Part shown: positions 1 to 12,229 of the stretch, in pieces
Layout of the letters: each line of letters starts with the position of its first letter
Numbering within the stretch: the first letter of the stretch is position 1
DNA from: Octopus bimaculoides
Lineage: Eukaryota
Length of the DNA: 64,000 nt
Direction of reading: 5' to 3'
Assembly (NCBI RefSeq): GCF_001194135.2
Contig: NC_068989.1
Location: 81,754,273-81,818,272 of the forward strand
Notes under the pieces: model-generated
Seen by the model: only the letters and a program-made list of their open reading frames with translations
Told to the model about the DNA's origin: nothing
Database searches by the model: none
Position numbers and translations under genes: made by a program

Positions 1-299
1 GTATGTANNNNNNNNNNNNNNNNNNNNNNNNNNNNNNNNNNNNNNNNNNNNNNNNNNNNNNNNNNNNNNNNNNNNNNNNNNNNNNNNNNNNNNNNNNNNN
101 NNNNNNNAGGGGTAAGAGCTCTCTAAACTTTGCCCAGGCTATATACATACATATATATATATACATGATTTGATTTTTGATACAATCTAGTTACAGCTTG
201 TGAGCTGTGGCCATGCTGGGACATCACCATTTGGTGTTGCTACATAATTTTACCTCACTAATTCTTTTTAGAAATTGACATCTGGTGCATGAGGGAGTT

Positions 300-1330
300 T
301 GATTCCACTGCCCTCATCTGCCATCCTGGTGTCAAGTTGGTTCATTGGAACACTTGACAGTAACAGGTACAGTTTCATTTTGAAGACACCTACATCCACC
401 ATATGCAGGTCTCTCAGGTCCTTTGGGAGGATATTGAAGAGCTGTGGTACCCTGAAACCCAGGCTGTTGCAGTATCTTGTCCTAATTTGTAGTCCTTGAT
501 ACTATGCAGTGGCACCCTGTTCTAGTATTTGTGTAACTCTCGATGCTAAAGTTTGGGACAAGTCCTTCCTGGATCTTCCAGATGTATATTATGGCATATC
601 TTTCTCGCCTAGGCTCTATGGAATAGAGACTTAATCTTTCGAGTTTTTACCAGTAACTTATATGCTGCATAGAAGCTATCTTCTTCATGTAGTAGCTTCA
701 TTGGATTGCCTCAAGTTCTGCAATTAATTTGACACTGGTTGGTGACTATAGCTGAGAGCAATAGTCAAAGTGGCTTAGTCCAAGTGTCTTCCAGAGGACT
801 ATCATGGTTTCCTGATCTCTTGTTCTAAAAGTTCTAAGACTCCATCTGGTCTGCCGCCTGCATTTCATTGCCAACTTAGCAACATGCACATGGAAGGATG
901 CATCATTACTCATGTAGATGCCCAGGTCTCACACTGACTGTGTCTCTGGGATTGCAATCCCTCCAGGTCCAGTGTATTCAATTGGTATTGCATTTAGTTT
1001 TGCATGCTGATAACACAAGGCTTGAAACTTTTCAGCATTAAACTGCATGCTATTCTTTTCAGCCCACTTGTATATTCCATTCAGCTCACATTGCAGGTGC
1101 ATAGTGTCTTGAGGGTTCTGTATCACCTGTGAGACTGCATAACTTGTGATCATGGCTCTGTGTGTGGTTGAGGGCATATCTGAGAGGGCCATTATGAACA
1201 GTAGTGGTCCCAAAACAGTGCCTTGCGGAACACTGCTCACTATTTGTGTGTCATTGAATGTGGCCCCATTGGCTACTACCACCTGACTGCTATCCTTCAG
1301 AAAGTCATGCAGCCATTCTCCCCCACACAC
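300..1330 (-). mobile_element. Decayed LINE (CR1/L2/Jockey-group) RT and C-terminal fragment
   Basis: SSVPQGTVLGPLLF, MQFNAEKFQAL and downstream PQLFNILPKDLRD-type motifs, with stops and deletions. Confidence 0.85.
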
Positions 1331-1639
1331 ACTTTGTATATAAAGGGAGGTGAGATGTACTGATGAAAATGAAATGAGAAGGGAGAGTGTAGACTGAATG
1401 AGAGGTTAAAATTAGGAGAGAAAGAGACAGCGAGAGAGAAGTGAGAATAGATAAAGGAAACATTAAGTAGCATCCAAAACTTTGGTATCAACTTAATTTG
1501 CTAAAATTCTTCTTCTCACAGACTATTAATAGTAAGGAAAAGATTTGGGGGCAAAAGATGATGACAACAATCATGACAACAACAATGATGATACCAAATG
1601 TGGTTTGAAATAATTTACGTTATAATTTGTAAGTTTTTT

Positions 1640-2370
1640 TGCCTTGTTTGCTTTGTGTGAAGAAGCAATGTCCATGACCTTCGAAAGCTCTCTAAGATTG
1701 GTGAGTTTGATGCCATTAATGATTTATTAAAAACAGCTACAGGTCCACATCTGGAGAAAAGAAATGAGTTGAGAAAAAGCTCCACATGGCTTATGTCCTA
1801 AGGAGACAGGACTGGGAAATAATGGTTAGTGTGAGACTGAGAAAGTTGGATGTACCAAGAGTGATGAGAAATGGAAAGGTGAGTAGGCTCAGAGAATCTG
1901 AGTAGTGGATGTGTTACATCCGTCAGCTCTGAGGAACAGAGGCCATTACAGTAATAAGAGACAGTGAGAGGAGAGAGCACACCTGTGGACCAGAAACTGT
2001 AGTGTGTCTGTTAGTGATTTTATGTCAATCAGTCAAGTAGCTCTTCTTTGGACATAGTCCAAGACGCCTGTGTGCATAGAAGCTTCCCTGTCTCAGATGT
2101 TGGGGGCAGTACTCCTATGTGGGTTCCTTATAAGCCTTATAGTGTGTTGTCATCCTAAATCTCTTCCTTATTATTTGTAGTCAGTGAAAGGAAAAAACTT
2201 GGGGGTTGAAATATTTTTTTTGGCTCTGACGAGAAGAGCCATTCTTGGATGTGGTCCAAGCTATGCTAAGGATATGACTAGTGAGGCCCAGATTTAGAAT
2301 GACTGTGAGGATTCTAGCTGAGCACTGCTCATGTTTAGTGGGATGCAGTGAGTTGTGCCTCATTCATATG
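1640..2370 (-). mobile_element. Decayed LINE 3' fragment (second CR1/L2-type family)
   Basis: YYCNGLCSSELT...RFSEPTHLS...HYFP motifs typical of LINE ORF2 C-termini. A related piece lies at about 17070-17170 (+). Confidence 0.65.
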
Positions 2371-2565
2371 AATAGTGCTTCAGGGTTTGTTTTTTTCTTA
2401 TTGTTAGGTTGGCATAACCAACTTTGTTGAACATTTTAACAACAACCAGAATCTCATGTCAGTCATAAATTACAATCGTAGGACCAGACTTCATTCTATA
2501 AGTTTTACAGAAAGTTCAGATGCATGAATAAAGAACCTAAACAATAGAATATCAAAAGAATTTAC

Positions 2566-2664
2566 CATTTCAGAAATAATCAAATTGATGTAGACCAACC
2601 ATTCTTGAATTTTCGTGTTATCATCTGCTTGTAATAAAATTTGGTTGTTCTGTATATCTTCCAG
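2566..2664 (-). CDS. ARHGAP12/15/27-like: RhoGAP gene, PH-domain exon 3 (C-terminal helix)
   Basis: atgcttacag acceptor, LEDIQNNQILLQADDNTKIQEWLVYINLIISEM (conserved PH helix Trp), GTAAAT donor, phase 0-0. Confidence 0.9.
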
Positions 2665-3441
2665 CTGTAAGCATATAATTTGATGAATTATTAAAGCAAT
2701 TAAGGTACTTGATAATATACAGAATAGTGCTGGTAGACATAACTATCCACATATCGTTACAGCACTATCATTTTGCTATACAGCACTAACACATTAGTAT
2801 ATAGTACTATCACATTAGTAATGTATATTTATGATCTTATTAATATCTTTTAGACAAGAATATCAAATTATTTGCGTATAAAGTACTCTTTTGGTATCCT
2901 GGAATCAGATTTTTCCATATGACTTAGGGTTAAGGCCAGGAAAATGTTAGTCATCTGCAAATGCACGGTTTTCTTATTGTGAACCCATTCTGTCTTACAA
3001 GTTCAATTATATTTTTGCAAGATAAGAAAGTTAATTTGCGGAAAGAGGATCATTTCTTTATGTAGATTCACAGCATATGCTCAAAGCATGTAGAGAGCAG
3101 ACAAAAGGTTAAATCTGTTGAAAGAAACTGGTCATAAATTATCACTTTTATTTAGAAACATTTGAATGTTTTCCATTCCTTTTACTCATGGTTTGTTCAG
3201 TATCTGGTTGTTGTTATAGGTTATTTCAGGGGTAGCCATATTTACTATCACTTCAACTTCTATTGTATGTTCAACATATAAAAAAAAAATGCCAGCTATA
3301 CAGTTGTATCAGATTTAGTAGTGGAAACTGATAGAGACTTGGATGGTGGTCAAAGCAACTATCATATTCTGTAAGATACATGAAAGTGACTTTTATGAAC
3401 CATCTGTTTGAGGTAAAGAAACAATGCTGACAAAAACTTAC

Positions 3442-3625
3442 AAGGAGAACATTCTTCTTGCTTGAGATATCTTTTGAAGCATGAGAACACTTGGCTCCAC
3501 CAAGGAATATAATTTGTTCTGGATTTCCATTTTTGGCACCAGGTCCGACTGCAGCAGCACGTTGATCTTTGTAAAATGCAATATTGGAACCAAATATCTT
3601 CACATATGTTTGACTCCACTTTTTC
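3442..3625 (-). CDS. ARHGAP12/15/27-like: RhoGAP gene, PH-domain exon 2
   Basis: ctctctacag acceptor, KKWSQTYVKIFGSNIAFYKDQRAAAVGPGAKNGNPEQIIFLGGAKCSHASKDISSKKNVLL, GTAAGT donor, phase 2-0. Contains the KDxSSKKNV motif of this family's PH domain. Confidence 0.93.
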
Positions 3626-3785
3626 CTGTAGAGAGATTAGTGGAAAAAATACTGACATTCTAACTCGTGTTAGCATGGAAAGCAATGTAAAACAATGAAA
3701 AACTGGCATCAAGTATTCCAAAGCTGAATACCAGTACGAAAACACAACACTACATTTGCTACCCATAGTAGCAAATCAATTCATC

Positions 3786-4192
3786 GAGTGGCTGTGTGGT
3801 AAGTAGCTTGCTTACCAACCACATGGTTCTGGGTTCAGTCCCACTGCGTGGCACCTTGGGCAAGTGTCTTCTACTATGGCCTCGGGCCGACCAAAGCCTT
3901 GTGAGTGGATTTGGTAGACGGAAACTGAAAGAAGCTCGTTGTGTATATGTATATATATATATGTATGTGTGTGTATATGTTTGTGTGTCTGTGTTTGTCC
4001 CCCCAACATCGCTTGACAACCGATGCTGGTGTGTTTATGTCCCCATAACTCAGCAGTTCGGCAAAAGAGACCGATAGAATAAGTACTAGGCTTCCAAAGA
4101 ATAAGTCCTGGGGTCGATTTGCTCGACTAAAGGCGGTGCTCCAGCATGGCCGCAGTCAAATGACTGAAACAAGTAAAAGAGTAGAAAGAGTA
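3786..4192 (+). mobile_element. tRNA-type SINE family A, full length
   Basis: Head gagtggctgtgtggtaag...gggttcagtccc, CORE-like accttgggcaagtg, internal TA/TG microsatellite, tail gactgaaacaagtaaaagag. More than 12 copies in the window. Confidence 0.9.
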
Positions 4193-4214
4193 TTAGTTTA
4201 CAACAAAACAGCAA

Positions 4215-4580
4215 TAGGCGTCAAGCACTTGCAGCCAACAGTGCTCTCTCTGAAGAAATATAACTTCTAAGTAGAGTCCATCAAGGAACTGTATAGGGAC
4301 CACTGCTGTTTGTGGTGGCTTTCTCAGACATGCTTTCAGTCATACAGTCAGCTACTATTACAGTTATGCTGACAATACAAAAGTAAGACTAGCAGAGGAA
4401 AACCCTCATGATAATACAAAATTACAGCAAGACCTAAACACAATATAGAAGTGAGCTGAAAAAAAAAAAAAAAAAGGCAGTTCAATGCTGAGAAATTCAA
4501 AGTACACTACTATCAGCCCACAAATAGATTGCAATCAGAATACATACGACCAGTGGATATTGCAATCCCAGAGTTACAAT
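4215..4580 (+). mobile_element. LINE RT fragment (same family as 300-1330, opposite orientation)
   Basis: Degenerate VHQGTV.GPLLF / YADNTK / QFNAEKF motifs. Confidence 0.7.
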
Positions 4581-4585
4581 CACAG

Positions 4586-4706
4586 CTATCGTTCTCTTTT
4601 GCCGAACCACTAAGTTACAGGGACGTAAACACACCAGCATCGGTTGTCAAGTGATGTTGGGGGGGACATAGACACACAAACATACATATACACACACATA
4701 CATACA
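4586..4706 (-). mobile_element. SINE A fragment
   Basis: Reverse complement of the family A 3' half. Confidence 0.8.
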
Positions 4707-4726
4707 GGAAATAGTGCAATACTAAC

Positions 4727-4782
4727 CCAACTTTTTTCCCATTTTCCATAATTTTTGTTTTGTTTAAGATTCCCGTCTTGTT
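4727..4782 (-). CDS. ARHGAP12/15/27-like: RhoGAP gene, PH-domain exon 1
   Basis: tttctttgcag acceptor, NKTGILNKTKIMENGKKV-G(G), GTTAGT donor, phase 0-2. Matches the family motif GxLNxTKIxENGKKVRK. Confidence 0.9.
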
Positions 4783-5559
4783 CTGCAAAGAAATTCAAAA
4801 AATCTTTTAAGAAACAAAAGGAGCAAAAAAGAAAAAAGATTGTGTAATCAAGACTTCAGAACAGTTATAGAAATTGAGCTGTTAATCTCAAGTAGGGAGA
4901 CAATATTAGAAAACTTAGGTTTTGATCTCAGACATGTAAAGAGTGAAACCATCTTATATGACTTTACAACATTAATATACATTTAATATATATCAATATA
5001 CATCAATATAAATTGAGTTGTTTCTTTATTACTTTCAGTTTTTTGAATAGCAACCATGCTCAGATACTTCCTTCAAAGGTTTTATAGCTGATTACCCTGA
5101 TACTAGTACTTTATCTGGGACTTATTTTATCAAGCTCCATTTGTCAAATGGTAAAGTTCTCCTTGTAATAAAAGTATGTAACTTGCATAGAATTCTACAA
5201 GGTAGTTCTGTTTGATGCACAAATTCATCAGCAATCCATTATCGATATAAACATGTGCATAAACAAATATATGTATGAATAAACAACATATATACAATAT
5301 ACATGCACACACATATATATATCATTAAATCCTGTGAAATCATCCAACATGAGCTAGACAATTTCAGAGGGTCTGATGAGTTGGAGGACTTCATGGACCT
5401 TTGATGACTGCTTTGCCAAGGCATCTACAGTTGGATAACCTTTATAATGTCAGCCACTTCTCAGAATGTATTAGGTGCTTTTTTCTCTTTATATCAAGGC
5501 TCCAGCACTGGTGGGGTTGCCAAGTAATTTGCAAGACAAAAAAACATCCCTTGATTGAG

Positions 5560-6790
5560 TGAAATGAAGTAAAGAGGAAGATGACTTTATGCCAGGTGTT
5601 GTTGTAGTGCAGATATATGGCTACTCGGCACTATATAAGGTGGCTAGGAGGAGACGGGGTGATAAAGATGGTGGTAACAAGTGTCAGCATGTACTCTCTA
5701 TGCACAAGAGGATAAGTAAAGAGAGGAGCACAGAAGATCGGGAAGGATGGATGGGTAAGTCAGCCAGAGTGTGAGAGGAGATGACAGATAGTTAGAGATG
5801 GTGGTAGAGATGAATGTAGTGAACGGTGAATACAGAGTGGAGGCATTGTTGATGGTAAATAAGGATTCAGGAGAAGATGATAAGAAAAACAGGCAGCTCA
5901 GGAAGGTGGAGGTGATGAGTTGCAGAACAAAAAGCAAACAGAGCAACAGAATAACAAACTGTAGATAGATGAGAAATAAGGAGGTTATGTGTAGGGCGAG
6001 TAAAGAAGTAATGGTGGTGGGTAAACAGATGTACAGTGACAGGGATAGAGACCAGTGGTAAATAGGAGTGGATATAGTGAGTGGCAAATAAAGGTGGGGT
6101 GGGAAATCAATAATAAATATGGCGATCTTTCAATACCAGTACCAAATATCGGCCTTTTCCGTAAAAAGTGTCTTCAGCGATCTTTACCAAAGATCGGCCT
6201 TTTTCATAAAAAGTGTTGGAGGGAAAGAGGGAAATGGGTTAGGGTTTTAGGGTTAGGGTTAGTGTTTAGGGTTAGGGTTACAGTTAGGGTTACGATTACG
6301 GTTAGGGACGGAATTCCCTAACCCAAACCCTAACCCTAAAACCCTAACCGTAACCGTAACCCTAAACCCTTCAAACCCTAACCCTAAAACCCTAACCGTA
6401 ACCCTAAACCCTTCAAAAGAAATTGCGCTCTCTGTATCTCTTTTGCTTTTACGACGTCGTTTCCCTCTTTCCCTCCAACACTTTTTACAGAAAAGGCCAA
6501 TCTTTGGTACTGGTATCGAAAGATCGCCGTAGATATTGGATGGGGCTAATAATGATATATGGAAGTAATAAGACGTAGCTCAGGACAAGATAACTGTCGG
6601 CTCAATGAAAAACAAACAGGCAAGAGATGATGTCGTGTATGAGGGATGAATCTCAAAAGGAAGTGGTAGCAGAAAAAGGAGACGAAATATGTAGTCCTGC
6701 TCTCATGTAATTACAGAAGCTGGATGGTGCAATAATTAGAAAAACGATGGCAAGATGGGTGACGGAAAAATGAGTCATTTTAATACTACA
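5560..6790 (-). mobile_element. Decayed LINE endonuclease-region fragment, interrupted by the element at 6120-6529
   Basis: Degenerate ORF (FFLSSSPESLFTINN..., TYPSILPD) resembling the APE region; sequence of the same character continues on both sides of the insert. Confidence 0.45.
6120..6529. mobile_element. Fold-back MITE-like element with internal head-to-head TTAGGG/CCCTAA arrays
   Basis: Long TIRs (tggcgatctttcaataccagtaccaaa... / ...tttggtactggtatcgaaagatcgccg), TA on both flanks, degenerate telomeric repeats converging on GAATTC at 6311-6316. Confidence 0.8.
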
Positions 6791-7157
6791 CCATTACCCC
6801 AACTTCCATATGTATTTTATCTTGTTTAATTACTGCAACGTTATTATAATGTAGATAGTATACCATATTTCATTACTGTAACTACTATACCATATCTAAT
6901 TTCTCTAACCGAATCCAACTAATTCTAATTCATTATATGAACCTATGAAGGAGTATCTATATAGTTGATCAGGTTAGCAAAACTAGCAGCTAAATCTCCC
7001 TCACATCATAGCTCATTACCTTGAAAAGGGAGACATTGAATGATGTGACCTCAAACATATCTGCTAAAAAACCAAAATGATCATGACTTGAATGTATTTA
7101 ATAGACGGCTCCGTATACTCAGGATTGACCTGGGGCACAACAACAACAACAACTCAC

Positions 7158-7208
7158 CTTACAAATATCAAATGCTGTTCCCATTAATGGCTGCACTTTC
7201 TCAGGACT
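7158..7208 (-). CDS. ARHGAP12/15/27-like: RhoGAP gene, 51-nt exon preceding PH domain
   Basis: ttattttag acceptor, SPEKVQPLMGTAFDICK, GTGAGT donor. Phase 0 end joins exon 4782. Confidence 0.7.
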
Positions 7209-7998
7209 CTAAAATAATTTTTTAAAAAAACAGAAAAAAAGAACAAATTCAGAAATGTAATTCTCTACAAATGATGCCAGATCTTAGTAGATCAGGTATC
7301 AAATGTTTGGTAATCTTATATTTGGAAATATAACATTCTGTTTTTGAAATGGCTTAGTTAGTTAATGAGTGAGTGAGCAAGTGAGTAAGAGCGAGAGAGC
7401 GAGCAAGAACAAGAGCAAGAGAGAGAGAGAGAGAGTGGATTAGGTGAAGGGGGTTAAACTGGGTGACAGATTAAATCTACCGTTCTTAAATTATTATATC
7501 ATTAAAATTTTGTGAATATGATGAAGCTAGACTGAATGATCTAAGTTTCTCTAGGTTGTTGTCTCACACTTTAGAGTTTAAGGAATTAAGGGGCGATTTT
7601 TAGAATTCTACGGACCCATTCTGATTAATATTTACAAACCAATTCTTTATGATTTTTACATGTTCAGACAATTGTGCATGTGTACATGTGCGTGTGTCTA
7701 CTTTACTAGAACTAAAACAGAAGAGAAAGACTTTTTCAGTCAAGCTAATACTGCACCTTAGATTGCCACTTAACTTTATGTACCCTCACTCTCATACCAT
7801 ACATTAACACGTGGTTTTAAGAGGTGCAACCCAAAGGACTTTAGAGGGGAAACATCAGTCCATTTGTAAATTCTGAATAACTATTTACAACATCACCAAG
7901 CTTAATGCGTGTGTATATACATGTATATATATTATATATATAGTTCAAATTTACAGAAAATAAATGATGAAGACAAGTGATGGAACAACAAACAGGTG

Positions 7999-8095
<97 letters not shown>

Positions 8096-8124
8096 AACAC
8101 AAAGTGTGTGTGTGTGAGAGAGAA

Positions 8125-8485
8125 AGAGGACCTTGCAAGATTCTTTAAGTTAATAAGTAGCATTCATGAATCAACCCAATTCAATATGGTAATGAATGAA
8201 TGAAAGGGAATCCTTTTCTGGACATTCTAATAAAGAAAATGAGACAGTTGTAACCAACTTCTACTGCAAGAACACAGATACACACCAATACTTAGATTTT
8301 AAATCTTACCACCCTTCCCACAAGAAAAGAAACATATCATTCAACTTGGCAAGCTGTTTATGCTGAATAGTTACAGACACAAATAGATGAGGTAAATGAC
8401 TGGTAGAACTAAATATGTTCCCTCATAAACAGAAATATCCCAAAATGCTAATAAATTATGCCATAACCAAGGCAAAAGAAATCCT
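8125..8485 (+). mobile_element. Penelope-like retroelement RT C-terminal fragment
   Basis: EDLARFFKLISSIHESTQF, FLDILI, TNFYCKNTDTHQYLDFKSYHPSHKKRNISFNLA, QKYPKMLINYAITKAKE. Confidence 0.7.
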
Positions 8486-8830
8486 GATCTCTGCCTTATC
8501 GAGAAACACTCTCACTGAGGGTGAATACCAGAAAAAGATATGTTTTGTCGTGGAAATCAGTGGCCCACTGGACACCATGTGGTTAAAAATATACAAGAGG
8601 GAAAGGACAACTATGGGCTATTGATAAAGAATTTGCAAATCCAGAAGCCAAGACACACTTTCAGTTTCATACCTATTATCAATGGAGTAACAGGGTACAT
8701 ACCAACCTGTCTGGGGAAAAATATAGCTGAACTTGGGTTCTGAGGGGCAAAATGCAAATCCTTAATTTATACACTATAAATGATCACACTATCTGGGACT
8801 ATAAAAATCTGTGAGACCTTAAAATTTAAA
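8486..8830 (+). mobile_element. RLE-type (R4/Dong-like) non-LTR retroelement C-terminal fragment
   Basis: PDL...KKICFVVEISGPLD...FSFIPIINGVTGYIPTCLGKNIAELGF...IKICET, a restriction-like endonuclease tail pattern. Confidence 0.6.
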
Positions 8831-9789
8831 GGATGATAAACAAAATGGGGCTTTTCTTCACAACCTTGCTACCAAGCAGGTGGCCAATCAAAATTTCTTC
8901 CAAATCAAAAGGAGAAAGAGGACAGACAGACATACAGACATACATACATACATTTGTAGTAAAGAAACATGGCACTATACACTAGTGGCAGTAGGTGGGT
9001 AATTTTTTGGTTTGAATATTTCAAGAATCTCTCACAGTGCCAGTAGCTCAGACGACAAAATTTGAATCTTATTGTCCACACTGTCAAAAGTACTACAATA
9101 TCATTAGATTTACAACAACTTAGTATTAAATTGGAAACCATGCCAGCATGGAAAGCGGACATTAAACGATGATGACGATGATGATTTATAAGTTATAAAT
9201 TAAGGAGTGGTTTTACAAAATATGCCATATGTCAGCTGGAATATCACTGAATGTAATATATACAAGGTGAAGCACTAGATAATTTGACATAAGTGAGTAT
9301 TACAGAATAAAATGCATATCATGTGTAACACAGAATGTTGTTTATGTGACATAATGTTGCACACAATATGGACCATAGATGTCATGTAATATGGTGTATA
9401 GACAGGAGAGGACACAGTATAATGTATGTAACTTGTAACAAGATGGCCGGGAGCAGAATATGATATGAGGTGACACAGAATATTATATATATTTAGGTGC
9501 ACTGCATACTGCAACTCATATGACAGGAATTCCATATATTGTATAATCTAGCTGGGGTGTCATATACCATGATATAGTAGCTTGGCATTCTCAAATATAT
9601 TAAAAAGTCCTGGACTAAGTAAGTAGATTTATTCAATATTGTGAATCATTATGGAACTGGTTTCATACACTACACAAATTGATAACTATATTGATTTGTA
9701 ACTTGACGAATAGGAGTCTCACAACAGCTCGTCCATAAAACATTCAATTTACACCAGAAAATACAGAATATTAGCTGAAATTTTCACTC

Positions 9790-9965
9790 AGTTCATCATC
9801 ATTGTTTAACGTCCATTTCCCATGTTGGCATGGGTTGGATGGTTTGACAGGAGCTGTCCAAACTTCAATTGTCTTGTTTTGGCATGGTTTCAATGGTCGG
9901 ACGCCCTTCCTAACACCAACCACTTTCCAGAGTGTGCTGGATGCTTTTTATGTGCCACCTGCACA
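9790..9965 (-). mobile_element. SINE-like family B ((GAT)n tail)
   Basis: catcat-gtttaacgtcc-ttccatgttggcatgggttgga and gcccttcctaacaccaaccact motifs shared with many copies. Confidence 0.8.
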
Positions 9966-11244
9966 TTGCAATAACTTGATTTTGATTCTTACCAACAACA
10001 GATAAAAAAATAATTTACAGAAATATAGTAGATAAACACCATGGAATATAGAAAACACTTAAAATCAATAATGTCCCTTGTAAAAACATGAATACTACAA
10101 ACTTCCATTAGCCATTCAATATAAGGTTAATGATTCAATAAAACATTGCAACAAATGCTAAGATCAATCCCACTGGTAAGTTGTCACAGCTAGTAATACA
10201 AGAAACAGTATTGATAAACAGTTATTGCCTGAGAGTACAATTTCAAGATATTTGGTAAACTAATGAAATAATGCTGTTTTGATCAAATACAAAGGAAGGT
10301 AGAAACAGCCACTAAAGAATTCTGAAATCAAGAAATATCTAATACAAAATAAAGAAATCAACTTTAAAAAATAAAAGATATTTATGTTGAACAAAAAGAA
10401 AAAGTAAAACTGAATCAATTAGAATATTGAAAATGCAAGTAAGAGAAAATTATTGGCGTTAAGTGAAAATAGGAAAGATGGCAGAGCAATATATGTTCAG
10501 GTATGTTGACAGAAAGAACTTGTTGTTCAAGTGAAGAGTGGGAAAGGAAGGAAATACAGAGAAGTCTTTTAATTCAATCAATTTGATTAAAAGATGAAAA
10601 ACACCACCAAAAAAAAAAAAAAAAAAAAAAAAAACAGAATTTGGAAAAATAATGTAAATATAGAAAAATAAATTGAAGTCAAGACTGATTTCTTTATAAG
10701 CAAAAGACTGGATTATAAGAGAGGGTATGCATAACATTGCAGTGGTATTCCATGACTTTCCAAATGCGATTTGCAATCTGACTAAAATAAAACTATTTCA
10801 ACTGAGAATTGGAACCAGATGAAAGATACATGTCATAGCACAAATAGTCTGAAACTGTTTGTTCTGGTGATCCTGTTGTCTGCTAGAAGATGGTAGGGGT
10901 TCGCGCTCCAGCATGCAATATATACCGGGTACGGATTGCATCAATAAGCAGCTGGAGGAGGCTCTTTCTGATGCTAAAAATGGTACTAAAGTCAAACAGC
11001 CATATTGATGTGGTGATAAACATTACTTCTCAGTATAGTTACTACTTTCATTTCTTATAGAAATTTTCTAACTAGCTATTTTGCTTGTTTATATATATAT
11101 TTAATGTCCATTATCCATGCTGGCATGGGTTGGACAAAATATATATGTATATACATACATACATATACTATAAACATATATGTAATCCTGTGTAAACACA
11201 CACACATACGTGTGTGTGCGTATAAAACAGGCAAAAATAACGGG

Positions 11245-11644
11245 TTACTCTTTACTCTTTTACTTGTTTCAGTCATTTGACTGCAGCCATGCTGGAGCAC
11301 CGCCTTTAGTCGAGCAAATCGACCCCAGGACTCATTCTTTGGAAGCCTAGTACTTATTCTATCGGTGTCTTTTGCCAAACCGCTAAGTTATGGGGACGTA
11401 AACACACTACCATCCGTTATCAAGCAATGTTGGGAGGACAAACACAGACACACAAGCATATACACAAACATACATATACATATATATGACGGGCTTCTTT
11501 CAGTTTCCGTCTACCAAATCCACTCACAAGGTTTTGGTTGGCCCAAGGCTATAGTAGAAGACACTTGCCCAAGGTGCCATGCAGTGGGAATGAACCCGGA
11601 ATCATGTGGCTGGTAAGCAAGCTACTTACCACACAGCCACCCAT
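11245..11644 (-). mobile_element. SINE A, full length
   Basis: Reverse complement of 3786-4192. Confidence 0.9.
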
Positions 11645-12041
11645 GCACTTATATAGAACTATAGACGTTTACTTATTCATTATAGGCATACAGCTGTCTC
11701 AGATATTCACTTGGGTATGCTCATGGCTCAATAACATCAAGCAATCAATTGAATAACTGATAACATAGGGAACTGCCATCCTAGCTATCTTCTTCAAGCT
11801 GAAACAAACCCACAACGAAACTGATTTGTTCACCACATTCCTTATATATATATATATATACACAGATAGACAGACAAACAGGTAGATAAATATAACATTT
11901 GATGTACACAGTACAAAGATATGACCTATTAATAGTTTCTTATTTTGGAGATGCGGGTCCAGACAGGTTTTGTAACAGGTTTTATGGGAACTTGGATCTC
12001 AGTGTATTTATACATATAAATATAGGTGTACACACATACAA

Positions 12042-12096
<55 letters not shown>

Positions 12097-12097
12097 G

Positions 12098-12134
<37 letters not shown>

Positions 12135-12229
12135 CACTACATATGTATATAGACACAATATGGTAATTACAAAGTATTTCCCTGGTGAAGAAGATACAAC
12201 CCAATAAAGGTTAGTATTTAGTGATTTTA

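Noticed and set aside
6230-6415. True ancestral chromosome fusion site
   Set aside because: The arrays are very short, enclosed by matching TIRs with TA flanks and inserted in a LINE remnant; a transposon explains this better.
10798-10995. Extra minus-strand RhoGAP exon
   Set aside because: From the ccatttttag acceptor, the phase-0 frame needed by the exon chain stops after 10 codons, and the open frame has no convincing donor.
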